Shown here: piece after piece, positions 42,901 through 53,059 of the stretch
How the letters are laid out: each line of letters begins with the position of its first letter
How positions within the stretch are numbered: position 1 is the first letter of the stretch
NCBI GenBank assembly: GCA_951406725.2
Contig: OX597814.1
Span: 67,704,001 to 67,768,000, forward strand
Origin: Octopus vulgaris
Taxonomy: Eukaryota
Direction of reading: 5' to 3'
Length of the DNA stretch: 64,000 bases
Made by a program: the position numbers and the translations under genes
The notes under the pieces: generated by a model
Databases searched by the model: none
What the model was told of the DNA's origin: nothing
The model's input: only the letters and a program-made list of their open reading frames with translations

Positions 42901-45900
42901 AGATAATTCCTCCACTGTCACATCATCATTTTTGCCAATTTCATACAATGTGAAACAGGTTAGTTCTCAGTGAAAATTCTGAAAGCTGCTCCAATTCCTA
43001 GTCAGACCTTATTTTTCATGTTCAAAGTATGAACATCACGAATTACTCCTCCTGCTTAATTTAGTGTGGAAAGGCAGAAATAATGCTGAATTAATCACTA
43101 AAGATCAACAAATTTAGCAAAACAGACATCAACAAACTCCATTATTATTTCTCAACATTTTAGTGACATTGAACTCATAATAAATGGAGTTTCCAAATTC
43201 AATATCACTTACATGCACTTGTATTAGAATAAGGAAAACCTTTTATGGAATAAAGTTGCCTTGATTGTCTCTCTTCAGATCAAACAATCAATATAGGAAA
43301 GAGAAAATAATGCAATAATGATTCTAATCTTGGACATTTTAAAACAAATTCATAAAGTATATTTACAGATGAAGCTTCTTCTTCTAGACCAGAATAAACA
43401 CTTTCTTCACTACCACTTGAACCATCACTCAAGTCAGCAGAGTCATCTATTTCATTCACATTTTTATCCCATAAATCATACTGAAAGAGAAGAAAGATAA
43501 TTAGTAAATAGTCACATAAAATAAATGTTCTTGTAACTTTTTCATGCTATTTTAACCCTTTAGCATTTAAACTGGCTATATCCAGCCGAAATATTCTACC
43601 TGCTTTATGGTCAAATCAGCCAGATTGGGCCTCCCACACCTACCCTTCAATGTCATTCTAAAAATAAACAATCAATCATCAAAATCTTGAAGTTATGAGA
43701 TAATGCATGATTAATTTAAAACAATGTAAACAAATAGAATGCTTAAGGGTTAAAGCAATTTTATTACAACACTATTACAACACAATTTTGCAAATTTACA
43801 TGTAAGTTAATGAATTTCTATATCAAATATGACATTTTGATTTCAACATTTTATTCAACTTACATAGTATTTAGGCAAAAATGTTTTATAATGAAAGAGA
43901 GAAGTAAACAGGCAGAGAGCATGAATATCTTTCTATTTACTTCATAAGACAACATTATCCCTTTCATTACTAACCCGGGCGAGAGAACCTATTGTTATTT
44001 AATTGTAAATTTGAACCCAAATCTCGTTGGTACATTCGTTAAAACACGTGATTTCACTTTGTAAATAGATGGGTTATAGTATCCGACATTGCTTGACCTG
44101 ATATCTGAACTCAGTGAATTTTGGGAGATTTTTTTCCACATTTTTTTCGGCATCGATTTTTCTTCAACTTTGAAAATGGATAGGAGTTTCATGTTATCAA
44201 GCATTGATTCCGAATTTAAAGCTTTTTCAACAGAAAATTGGGAGATATCAAGAAAAAGAATAAATTGGGAGATATCGAGAAAAAGAATGAATGAGGTACA
44301 AAAGCACATGGTGTATGAGAATGAATAGGATATTTCAGTATCCGAAACTGAAAGCAGCGATTCTGAAGAAACTAAAAGCGGCGATAGCAACAGCAAAGAC
44401 GATTTTACATCGGAATGAAGTAAAAATGTTATTAGTAATTTTTCTGAGGAGATGGGGGTCTATCCATAGTCTTTCTTAGAAAGCGAAACCGTTAGACTTT
44501 TATTTTTTTCAGTATGCTTGTTTGAAGTGATCACTGCGGAAACAAACCATTATGCAGAATGTAAACAAACACAAAATGGGGGATCAAAGTTCGGAAAATT
44601 TGTAAAGCAAATATGGTTAAACTAAAGCGTTAAACCCAGTCAAAAAAAAAACAAAAAAAATTTGTGTAATAGGTGTAAAACAACTTCCTCTAAACGAATA
44701 TGAAAAAAAATGCGCGCACGCGAAAGGGGAGAGTCCTCGGAAAATTCACATCGGGAATTTCCAAAAGCGTCTGAGGGGCTGACCTGGAAACAAAAAAAAA
44801 AAATAGTGTAATATGTGTAAAACAACTTGCTCTAAACGAATATGACCAAAAAAATGCGCACTCGCGAAAGGGGTGGGTGGGAGAGAGGCCTCGGAAAATT
44901 TACACCGGGAATTTCCGAAAGCGTCTGACCCAGGCACAAAAACAAAAAAAAAGTGTAATAGATGTAAAACAACTTGCTCTAAACGAATATGATGAAAAAA
45001 ATGTGCGCTCGCGAAAGCGGGGGTGAGGGAGAGGCCTCGGAAATTTCACATCTTCAGTCCACGGCCTTTAAACTAAGAAAAAAATAGTGTAATTGGTGTA
45101 AAACTACTTGTTCTAAACAATCATCAAGAACACACGCTCACACACAGAATCATAAACTCCGTATTTTTGTATGTATTTCGCAAAAAAAAAAAAGAAAGAG
45201 AAGAAATTCTGGAAAAAGTGAAGAAATGTTGGATCTCCGATATGTGAACCAAAATGCGTGTCAGAAACATCTTGAAATACTACAGAAATTATGTTATGAA
45301 CATAATAATGTATACATACCTCTTTGAGTGGTCCATCGACAGTGATGATAAAGAAATGAGATGGGTTGCGTTTGGAGGAAAAAATTATCTCGGGCCAGGA
45401 TAAAGACTTACTGCTGCCAATAAGAATATGTGTATTCTCTTGGCAGCAGGTTTAATGCTTTCCATAAATAGGAATCTAGAGAGGTATTGCTTTAAGTAAC
45501 AGGCCTTCTTACAAGAAACAACTGTCCTTAGAGGCCTGGACTTGAATAGAACTTGGTACCAACAATCACTGTCTTATAAACAACTGTCCTTAGACAAAAG
45601 ACTGACCTTTCATTGACCAGTGTTTACTCATCCCATCTTCTGGTGTGGAGGATTTCCCACTCCTTTTGACAAGCCTATGGACTTGGTACCAACAAGTTCT
45701 TATTCATTTCAGTCGTGGATACACAAGTGTTAAATTGTATGATACACTTGGTCTTCAGCAACAGAATGGCACTTTGCAATTCATGTGAATTAACATTACA
45801 GGATGGAATTCGCCGATTTAATAATGACAGTGAGGCACTAGATTTCTTTCAAAAACATAATATCATTCCCAGTACAGTAGACTGCCCTAGATGTCATTTA

Positions 45901-48900
45901 CCATGTACACTCCACGAAAACACAAGCATCTTGCGATGTCGAAGGACTGTTCGCCGTTGAAGACAAAGGCCCACGGAATGTGGATATTCTATATCCCTAT
46001 ACAACAACACTTTTTTGGATCGGAGTCAGATATCACCCTGTAAAGTCCTGTTATTTGTAAACTACTTTCTCACAGACTGTTGGTCGCATGCATTAGTTAT
46101 GGAGAATTTAAGGATTTCATATCCGACCTCGATTGATTGGCGATCCTTCTGTTCGGAGGTTTGTCAGCATTGGGTAGAGAATTACCAGGACCAAATCGGT
46201 GGACAAGGAGTTGAAGTGGAAATTGATGAGACGGTTATTGTAAGAAGAAAATATAATCGTGGAAGACTCACAAAAACTATCTGGCTTTTCGGTGGGATAG
46301 AGCGAGATGCCGCCACACTGATCCTCTTAATTACTCGATATATACGCCAAGGGTCCATAGTATATAGCGAATCTTGGGCTGTGTATAATTCTCTGGGAAA
46401 TCTCAGCTATACCCACTTTCGGATCAACCACAGTGAAAATTTTGTTGATTCTACAAACGCGTCGGTGCACACACAGACGATAGAGAGATTGTGGGGGTCA
46501 GTTGTTCGCCCAGGCATTCGTGCCTGTTACTTAAAGCAATACCTCTCTAGATTCCTATTTATGGAAAGCATTAAACCTGCTGCCAAGAGAATACATGTAT
46601 TCTTATTGGCAGCAGTAAGTCTTTATCCTGGCCCAAGATAATTTTTTCCTCCAAACACAACCCATCTCATTTTGTTTAGAGCAAGTTGTTTTACACCTAT
46701 TACACTATTTTTTGTTTTTGTGCCCGGGTCAGACACTTTCGGAAATTCCCGATGTGAATTTTCCGAGACATCTCTCCCACTCCCCTTTTGCGTGCGCGCA
46801 TTTTTTTTTCATATTTGTTTAGAGGAAGTTGCTTTACACCAATTATAAAATTTTTTTTTGTTTCTTTGACCGGGTTTAACGCTTTAGTTTAACTGCAAAT
46901 ACTGGGTACTGCTGTGGATTTAGTTTTTCTCAGGGAAAATAGTATTAGTCAGCATGGCTTAGGGTACGATGTGGTCTGGAAGTTATTGTTTGAAGCGATC
47001 ACTGTGGAACCAAATTTACGCAGAATGTAAACAAAACACAAAATGGGGGATCAAAGTTTGGAAAATTTGTGAAGCAAATACTGGGTACTGCTGTGGATTT
47101 AGTTTTTATACAGGGAAAATAATGTTAGTGTACAATGTGGTCTGGAATTTATCACTTCCATACCATAACCAGGGCCATATATTATTTTTTGACCTATTTC
47201 TTTAGTTCGGTAAAACTTACTGTGGATTTAGGTGGATTCCAATATTTCAGTTTATTTCACCTTTATGGTACACCTGTTATTATGCATTAAATTCAACTGA
47301 TGATCTAGTGATGCGCACAATTCTTCTTTATCAAAATTTTCTTGCATACCCAATTGAATATTAGCTGATGATTCATTTTCTATGGTGATGTTTAAACAAA
47401 ATTTTTATATTTTTACCTTTTGCTCAGTTTACCTGGATTTACGAGTAATTAAAGTCACTTTGAGACAAAAGTTATGCAATAGAATTGATTAAGAACCCTT
47501 TCTTTAATTATGTTCCAAATATCACATTAATATGTTAAGTAAAATAGTTAGTTATTTAATGAAACAAGCCTAAATTCATGATTATTTTAGAATTTAATTG
47601 AAACTCATGAGGGGTGTATTTTGGTCAGAAATATAGTAACGAAAGTGTTATTCCATAGACCACAATACTGGAAAAGTTTTGGGTGGGTTTCTAATGTCAA
47701 ATTATATCACCCAATGAGAGGACATTTATGTATGATTATTTGATACAATCATTGTCATTGTTTAACACCAGATCAGTCAAACCTGAACATATCTCTGATT
47801 GGCATTTCAGTCTCAATCATCCGGCATTTTTTTTTTTTATGATAGTGCTATGAAGAGGTCACTCTGGTTACTTTATCCTAGTAATTCAAGCAACAATCGA
47901 GTGACCTTTTTGTTGACTCATTTTTACAGCTATTTGTATACAATAAATGGAAAAGTTTTTTTTAAATGACAATATGTTGGTTAAGAACGCCATATATGTA
48001 TTTGACGATATACAAGATGCATTAAGCCATACATAAAAGCCTCAAGAAATCACCCTCAGTCCTATATGCAAGGTGGGCCTTCAATAAGCTAATTTTGTCT
48101 GATTTTCTTTTTCCTCAATATGTGCTGCATCTTTTATGCCATCTCAAATACGATATCTGAAATGGAGTATTTCAATTTAAACCCCCTTTTATAGTTCCAA
48201 AGATACATCAGGATACTTCATATTACGACTGTAAACTCTAAAGGAAATACAAACAGAAATAAGTATTTAACAAGGACAGTAGTTACTCCATCAAACTGTT
48301 CTTCTGGTATAGATGAAAAACCAATAAGTCCTGCAAGTAAACTAACAAAAAGAATCTGATGAAGTCATTACTATGAACCAAACAATACTATCCTTGATAA
48401 ATCTAGTTTATATTGAAAAAATGTACCTACAATATTCCAAGATTGCATAACACATCTTTATGTGACTAGCAGAGGTATCTAGCATTGCTCAGGATTAAAA
48501 TGGCCTAGTATTACAGTTATGTTGAAACAGGTGATACAGGAAAGTGCAGCATCGATAACAAAACATTCGTGGAGTAAATGATGGGCTAATTCAACTAAGT
48601 GACATGTCATATGTCTGTTTGGATTATTCCAGGCCCTAATCCGTCATGGAAAATTGGGGGTGGGGGCAATGTGATTTTTGAATGTACTAAAAAGCTGTCA
48701 GTGGATATACTCTCCTTTGTGGCAGTTGGCATTATGTCTAACACAACCCATCATTTGAAGTTTTGACACCTCCATCGGGTTTGTTGTCCTACATCACTCA
48801 TAAAGTAAATTTAGAGGAACTGTGGTTGTTCATTTGTAGGTAGCAAGGAACCAATGAGGTGATAGGCTTGTTCTTGAATGTAGACATAAATCCATCATCA

Positions 48901-51698
48901 TCATCATCATCATCGTTTAACGTCCGTTCTCCATGCTAGCATGGGTTGGACGGTTCGACCGGGGATCTGGGAAGCCAGAAGGCTGCACCAGGCTCCAGTC
49001 TTATCTGGTAATGTTTCTACAGCTGGATGCCCTTCCTAACACCAACCACTCCGTGAGTGTAGTGGGTGCTTTTTACGTGCCACCTGCACAGGTGCCAGGC
49101 GAGGCTGGCAACGGCCACGGTCGGATTGGTGTATTTTATGTGCCACCAGCACGGAAGCCAGTCGAGGCGGTGCTGGCATCGGCCACGAGTCGGATAGTGC
49201 TTTTTACGTACCACCAGACCAAGGATCCTGGCTGGTTCAATCCGATTTCGATTTCGCTTGCCCCAACATGTCTTTGCAAGCAAAGGGGGTTGGCATGGGT
49301 GCCTGTCGTACGGTCGGATTGGTGTATTTTACGTGCCACCGGCACGGAAGCCAGTGGAGGCAGCGCTGGCATCGGCCACGAGTTGGATAGTGCTTTTTAC
49401 GTACCACCAGACCAGGGATCCTGGCTGGTTCAATTCGATTTCGCTTTCGCTTGCCCCAACATGTCTTCGCAAGCAAAGGGGGTTGGCATGGGTGCCTGTC
49501 GTCGGATGAGGTTCTATATCGACTTCGCTTGCCTGTTCAACTATATCCTTAGATGCCACTTGAAATATAGAGGTGTATTGTCTGATATTGTTCAGAAAAT
49601 CTTTTGACTGGTTGGAAGTGCCTTCCAAAAGATCTATAAGAAGTTGAGGAGGAGCTGGGAGTGATGGCAATCTTACCTTACTGCCTGAGCAGCACATGCC
49701 ATTAGTTTCATTTGGAAATTTTAAAGCTTTGCAGAAATGACAATTTGAGTTTAGCACACCAATTTGGAGAAAATTATCATTTTTATAAGAATGGGATGGA
49801 TCATATCTGAAAGCAGCTGCTGGAGTTGTGAAGAACGAATTTGTATGTAGTCTGTTTTTGAGAGCTATTCTATTGGGGCTGCGGTCGAATCATTAAAACA
49901 TTTTTAACAATTCAGCAATAAGTGCTGCAGCATGCCTTTGCTGATGTTGGGGAAGTCTCATCTCCTTTCTGTATTGAGATTCCATTTGACATGCTGCAAC
50001 ATGCCTTTGCTGATCTTGAAAAAGTCACATCTCACTTCTGTCTTGACACTCCATTTGATGTGCTACAGTATGTGTTTACTGATTTTAGGAAAGTGTCATC
50101 TCCTTCCTCTCTTGAGGCTCCATTTGATATGCTGCAGCATGCGTTTGCTCATCTTGGGAAAGTCTCATCTCCATTCTCTCTTTAGACTCTTGCCTTCGGT
50201 TTTCTACAATCCTCCTTGCTTTATACTTGTTTCTTGTTTTCTTGGGTGGCATATTTTTTTCAATATTGTAAACCAAAAATTATGAACATAAAAGATATTA
50301 TACAGTAACCTCTATTATTGTAAGCAGTTGTATGTATGTAGCATGTTTTTATCTTTGTATGCAGTATAAACTAATCAAATAGTAATCAAATGGTAAATTT
50401 GCAACTACTGCGATAATCATTAACTGGTAATTGAATGGTAAATGTGTATTTTTATATACCTTGGACCAGCCACCTCATTGTTTTTTGTCAAGAGTTTCTC
50501 CTCCAACCGCTCATTATGTCAGTCAACACACATACACAAATCCGCTGTCATGGCCGTAAAGATGGAAAGTTGCTGATGCGTAATATTGTTCACATTAGGA
50601 TATAATTAGAATTAAAAGTGAAACAATATTATATCACATTACAATATAGATGTTATTCTTTCACTTTTGACATGTAATACCGAACCGGTGCCAATGATGC
50701 ATTGTTTTCATCCAAATGAAAAGAAATTTACATGTTGACACTCATGGTGTCTAATACTATTACCATGTAAAAAGTGATTTGATTTTTTTAGCCGTTTGAG
50801 AATGCATTGGGAACAGACAGATAAAGCATTTCATATATTTTAATATAAATTTGAATGATGTTTCTGTCCGTTAACTTCTACTAGACCAAAACTCAAATCA
50901 GCAACTCCCTTAATTCAGGGAATGTCCTAAGGAAGGGGGTCTATTTTTTTTTCTAAGGACCGCCTAATTGGGGCCTCACTGACGACCCTCTTTTTACAGC
51001 ATTTTACATGGTATTCGCGACCAAATTAGGGCAATGACAATGAATTTCATACCATGAACTCACAGGTAGGTAAGAAGGTTCAATTTCTTAAGGGCCACTT
51101 AAATGGTGCCCCACTATTTTTTATGCCTTTACCTCGCTCCTACGCTTATAAATCAAACTATGATCAGCACCAATGCTTAGCACATTTGCAGAAAAAAGTT
51201 TCACTACACAAGGGTAGAGGGTCGCAAAGCGTCCCGATAGTGGGGCCGAAGGCCTCAAAGGGGCTCTCCGCAGTATCTAGGGTGAATGCCACGCTAAGGA
51301 CGGCTTTAAGGCTAGTATAGATAAGTAGATTACATTATTGATAGTTGAAAGAGGTAAAAATTCTCATTCATAAACTGTACATGCCACATGGTTTGAAACT
51401 TAGCAAAAACACCTCTAAGATGTTGTTATGGTATTCCTATGTTAGGCTACATAATGTTTTACATAGGAGGCCGAAGCTGTTAAAAAGATGATATAGCGAG
51501 GTAAACGCTAAAAATGTAACATACCTACAATACAAGATACACGTGTAATACTAATAGACGTGAAGTCAGTCATCTTATAAAGTTTAGCAGAGAAGACATC
51601 AGATGTAGTTAAATAGAAGAAATATTACTTACATCATTAGATATTGGTTCAACATTCTCAACAACAGGACGTTTTCTCTTCTCACTTTTGGTGACCAT
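2695..51698 (-). CDS. BOP1: Ribosome biogenesis protein BOP1 (Erb1 ortholog; BOP1NT + WD40), 19 coding exons, about 818 aa; whole-gene span
   Basis: 19 exons joined by hand with GT..AG boundaries and consistent phases sum to 2457 nt. Hallmark motifs: [62 protein letters not shown], and C-terminal [21 protein letters not shown]. Confidence 0.95.
3380..7289 (+). mobile_element. RTE-clade LINE, near full length (APE + RT + PHD-like finger); inactive
   Basis: APE motifs [20 protein letters not shown]; RT motifs [21 protein letters not shown]; repeat-rich 3'UTR and (GAT)n tail. Broken by stops and frameshifts. The 5' boundary may extend to ~2970. Confidence 0.93.
8302..8690 (-). mobile_element. 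RTE 3'UTR-only copy (similar - strand copies at ~22280-22480, 30070-30250, 41517-41700, 59727-59890)
   Basis: Reverse complement of the RTE 3' terminal motifs with (ATC)n. Confidence 0.8.
8699..9320 (+). mobile_element. Helitron-like 5' end and adjacent repeat
   Basis: TCTATCTTATATATTAAAAG..TGTCCGTCTGTG start; the 3' end is uncertain. Confidence 0.4.
10062..11351 (+). mobile_element. Full-length (~1.3 kb) degenerate mariner
   Basis: TIRs TCGGGTTGAATAAAAAGTAAG... with TA flanks; *VPHDL, HDNAR and [13 protein letters not shown] motifs. Confidence 0.92.
11512..11619 (-). CDS. BOP1: BOP1 exon 18 (HHKKAIRQV...[10 protein letters not shown]...HGRVY)
   Basis: TAG/GTAAGT. Confidence 0.95.
12268..13122 (+). 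mobile_element. Internally deleted mariner, second family
   Basis: TIRs TTGGGTCATCCCATAAATAATG with TA TSD; FHQDNA*PH and YSVDIAPSD remnants. Confidence 0.9.
13950..15777 (+). mobile_element. 5'-truncated RTE LINE
   Basis: RT fragments homologous to the long copies, followed by the 3'UTR and GAT tail. Confidence 0.9.
16169..16253 (-). CDS. BOP1: BOP1 exon 17 ([10 protein letters not shown]...[15 protein letters not shown])
   Basis: CAG/GTAAGA. Confidence 0.95.
16607..16832. mobile_element. piggyBac-type MITE (same family at 2291-2430 and 43556-43749)
   Basis: TTAA|CCCTTTAG...AGG(G/A)|TTAA ends; shared core CTACCCT.CAATGTCATTCTAAAAAT. Confidence 0.8.
17611..18077 (+). mobile_element. RTE 3'UTR fragment, same subfamily as 54426-58274
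   Basis: Closely matches 57820-58274; flanked by (TA)n. Confidence 0.9.
18084..18270 (+). mobile_element. Short CpG-rich insert carrying a permuted hammerhead-like motif; probable retroelement 3' end
   Basis: Bounded by (TA)n; T-rich 3' part. See findings. Confidence 0.5.
18717..18819 (-). CDS. BOP1: BOP1 exon 16 ([10 protein letters not shown]...[11 protein letters not shown])
   Basis: TAG/GTCAGT. Confidence 0.95.
19535..21147 (+). mobile_element. piggyBac remnant
   Basis: TTAA flanks and ...GAAAGGG end; [14 protein letters not shown]...KWW motif; homologous to 43959-47647. Confidence 0.85.
21931..22005 (-). CDS. BOP1: BOP1 exon 15 ([25 protein letters not shown])
   Basis: CAG/GTAAGT. 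Confidence 0.95.
22829..22939 (-). CDS. BOP1: BOP1 exon 14 ([10 protein letters not shown]...[10 protein letters not shown])
   Basis: TAG/GTCAGT; conserved. Confidence 0.95.
23496..23578 (-). CDS. BOP1: BOP1 exon 13 (...WE...[10 protein letters not shown])
   Basis: CAG/GTTTGT; phases match. Confidence 0.88.
23928..24052 (-). CDS. BOP1: BOP1 exon 12
   Basis: CAG/GTAAGG; [12 protein letters not shown]; phases match. Confidence 0.88.
25268..25400 (-). CDS. BOP1: BOP1 exon 11 ([17 protein letters not shown]...AWNPNP)
   Basis: TAG/GTAAGA; WD40. Confidence 0.95.
25481..28125 (+). mobile_element. 5'-truncated RTE LINE filling BOP1 intron 10
   Basis: Starts at IWKLKDP; RT and PHD-like remnants; GAT tail. 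Confidence 0.9.
28170..28239 (-). CDS. BOP1: BOP1 exon 10 ([23 protein letters not shown])
   Basis: TAG/GTAAGT; first WD40 repeat. Confidence 0.95.
29556..29639 (-). CDS. BOP1: BOP1 exon 9 ([28 protein letters not shown])
   Basis: CAG/GTGAGT. Confidence 0.95.
31628..31900 (-). CDS. BOP1: BOP1 exon 8 ([22 protein letters not shown]...[14 protein letters not shown])
   Basis: TAG/GTAAAA; strongly conserved motifs. Confidence 0.97.
32119..32238 (-). CDS. BOP1: BOP1 exon 7 ([12 protein letters not shown]...WKDNEE)
   Basis: TAG/GTAAAT; conserved HAIKMGW. Confidence 0.93.
33287..33388 (-). CDS. BOP1: BOP1 exon 6 (PWIDFF...[13 protein letters not shown])
   Basis: CAG/GTAAGC; conserved motif. Confidence 0.95.
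33419..36246 (+). mobile_element. pogo/Tigger-like DNA transposon, decayed
   Basis: CENP-B-like HTH (GGGRK...LFEWF), NGDQMPL and GGAIT..VQVND fragments; imperfect TIRs CTCTGGGGTCTCGAATA / TATTTGAGACTCGAGAG with TA flanks; a second end-like copy at ~36376-36402. Confidence 0.75.
36541..37966 (+). mobile_element. 5'-truncated RTE LINE
   Basis: YADD region through to the 3'UTR and GAT tail. Confidence 0.88.
38062..38179 (-). CDS. BOP1: BOP1 exon 5 ([16 protein letters not shown]...VDPFA)
   Basis: CAG/GTAAGT; phase consistent. Confidence 0.92.
38857..39077. mobile_element. piggyBac-type MITE, second family
   Basis: TTAA|CCCTTTTGATACCA...TGGTAACAAGAGGG|TTAA. Confidence 0.8.
39733..39884 (-). 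CDS. BOP1: BOP1 exon 4 ([17 protein letters not shown]...DDPNYW)
   Basis: Conserved BOP1NT start; AG acceptor and GTGAGT donor. Confidence 0.95.
40125..40505 (-). CDS. BOP1: BOP1 exon 3 (acidic low-complexity, ends [11 protein letters not shown])
   Basis: TAG acceptor, GTGAGT donor, 381 nt open frame. Confidence 0.85.
43367..43480 (-). CDS. BOP1: BOP1 exon 2 (YDLWDK...[15 protein letters not shown])
   Basis: CAG acceptor, GTAAAT donor, 114 nt; [10 protein letters not shown] resembles the BOP1 N-terminal motif. Confidence 0.85.
44615..46894 (+). mobile_element. Merlin (IS1016/IS1595, ISXO2-like) DNA transposon
   Basis: TIR GGTTAAACTAAAGCGTTAAACCC; 8-bp TSD GCAAATA(T/C); ~145-bp subterminal repeats; DDE transposase ORF. 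Confidence 0.92.
45766..46641 (+). pseudogene. Merlin transposase (Zn ribbon CPRC; VEIDET, YSE, HTQTIE), one in-frame TGA at 45958
   Basis: ORFs 45715-45960 and 46015-46641 share a frame; the second catalytic D appears as E; probable deletion after LFGGIER. Confidence 0.85.
48894..49534 (-). mobile_element. RTE 3'UTR fragment inserted into a Helitron Rep ORF
   Basis: Matches the 3'UTR of the 3380-7289 copy and carries an internal duplication. Confidence 0.9.
49924..50199 (-). repeat. Four 69-bp (23-aa) tandem repeats, STPR-like
   Basis: GCTGCA.CATGC units start at 49924, 49993, 50062 and 50131. Confidence 0.85.
50831..51315 (+). mobile_element. Non-autonomous Helitron-like element
   Basis: AT-rich 5' end followed by TGTCCG; GC-rich subterminal stem and CTAG|T end. 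Confidence 0.5.
51633..51698 (-). CDS. BOP1: BOP1 coding exon 1 ([22 protein letters not shown])
   Basis: ATG at 51698, basic KRKR motif, GTAAGT donor, phase 0 matching exon 2. Weakly conserved region, so less certain. Confidence 0.75.
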
Positions 51699-52231
51699 GA
51701 TTGAAAAAGGCCATGCGTTTGTCAGCACTGACTAATCTATAAATATATGTGTTATTAGATATTAAATATTTGAGATGAAAATCTGTATAAGCTCATTGTA
51801 TTACGTTATAAAATAAATAAAAAGTAATAGGCAAAAATAAATTGTAAATAAATACATTATTTTACCATGTAAAATCGAATAAAGTAGTTTTAACAATAGA
51901 TTAGTTACGTCTGTTAGAAAGAAATTATCGTCACTTCTAGAGATATTCACTAAAGGGAGATAAATCAACAGTGCTAGGGCGGCGCTACTTTCGAAACGTG
52001 TCATGACAAGTCAATAAACAAAGCGTATCTCAATACTTTTCTGTATTCTTTCTTAAGTTATTCCTTACTGAAAATGATTGGTTGCGTTATATTATACATG
52101 AAAAATAAACGATTTTAGTAGAAGGAGTAAGCTGAGAAAGGTTTGATTTCAAGATCCTGGTATTATATACATTATATATATATGAAAAAAAAAAGATTAT
52201 ATCAATTCTTTGCACAGTTCATTAAAAAAAG
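51699..52231. promoter_or_regulatory. Bidirectional promoter and 5'UTR region shared by BOP1 and PIBF1
   Basis: 533 bp between divergent start codons, with local CpGs, a GGGCGG GC box (~51977) and ATTGG (reverse CCAAT, ~52076). A probable PIBF1 5'UTR intron acceptor lies at ~52217. Confidence 0.7.
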
Positions 52232-52591
52232 ATGATGGATATGGAATTCTCTCAGATATTCCGAGATCAAGAATCTGATGAAATTAGTCTTGAGACCTCT
52301 GTTCCAACGGACACATTTTCTCCAGAAAGGGAACATGTGAACCGGCGCAGTTCGCGAAGAATTAAAGATACCAAATCTAATGCCGCTGGAAGAGATATTC
52401 TTGAGAAAAAGCAGCTACTTCATGACCTCCAGCTTCACAAGATAGAGTCATCGCAAAAAGGAATTGCCATTGATAACCTAAAGATACAACATATGCAACG
52501 AACAGAAGAATTAGAAGAGAAGCTGAATGAAGCTCTTTACCAAAAGCAAATTCTCCAAACTCGTTTGGAATCTGAAATCCGAATACAACAG
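52232..52591 (+). CDS. PIBF1: Progesterone-induced blocking factor 1 (CEP90), first coding exon
   Basis: ESDEISLETSVPTD...EKKQLLHDLQLHKIESSQK..IDNLK...EELEEKLNEALYQKQIL matches the PIBF1 N-terminus; CAG|GTTAAT donor, phase 0. Confidence 0.92.
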
Positions 52592-53059
52592 GTTAATATT
52601 TGCCTCATATTTATTATTGATCGTATTTTGATGTTTAACAAAGTCCTATGTTTCTGCCTTTCCAATGGGTGTTATTGTAATTCAATTTGCTTTAACTGTC
52701 AGTTTAATCTTCAATTATACTACGCGGATCCTGTCGACTGACTTCTGTTATTTTGTTAAAATTCTATTTACATATAAGATTCATTATAGCAATACAAACT
52801 GTCTGTATTGCAGAATAAGCTTACTCTATTAAAATAATGAGTTGTATATTCACTAATGAAAATATTAGTATAGCTGTATTTCTTTTTCTATGAGGAATGT
52901 AATGTGGGCAGCTAAAGTTAGCATATGTACTAACATTTCTCACTATGTTTTTAATTCAAATAATGACCAACCGCATATAACTGTATGTATGTATTTAGGT
53001 ACACAGATGTATGCCTTACGTACATCCATACCTGTGTATCTCCTTTTTAGGCACAAGGC

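Larger units (their letters stand above)
43959..47647 (+). mobile_element. piggyBac remnant hosting a Merlin insertion
   Basis: CCCTTTCATTAC...GTAACGAAAGTG ends; [16 protein letters not shown] and GHILFFD motifs; TTAT on both flanks. Confidence 0.85.
48700..50830 (-). mobile_element. Helitron 5' remnant (STPR-like repeats + Zn finger/Rep N-terminus)
   Basis: [26 protein letters not shown]...FLNNIRQY, then GFMSTFK / [10 protein letters not shown] / PQFL*IYF after the RTE insert. Confidence 0.85.

Noticed and set aside
47950-48690. Possible additional decayed DNA transposon
   Set aside because: No motifs or paired ends could be assigned with confidence.
48933-49607. 224-aa ORF and similar ORFs containing [11 protein letters not shown]
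   Set aside because: Spurious frames through the RTE 3'UTR repeat.
52592-52741. Continuation of the 169-aa PIBF1 ORF
   Set aside because: Intron read-through past the GT donor; homology resumes at 63700.
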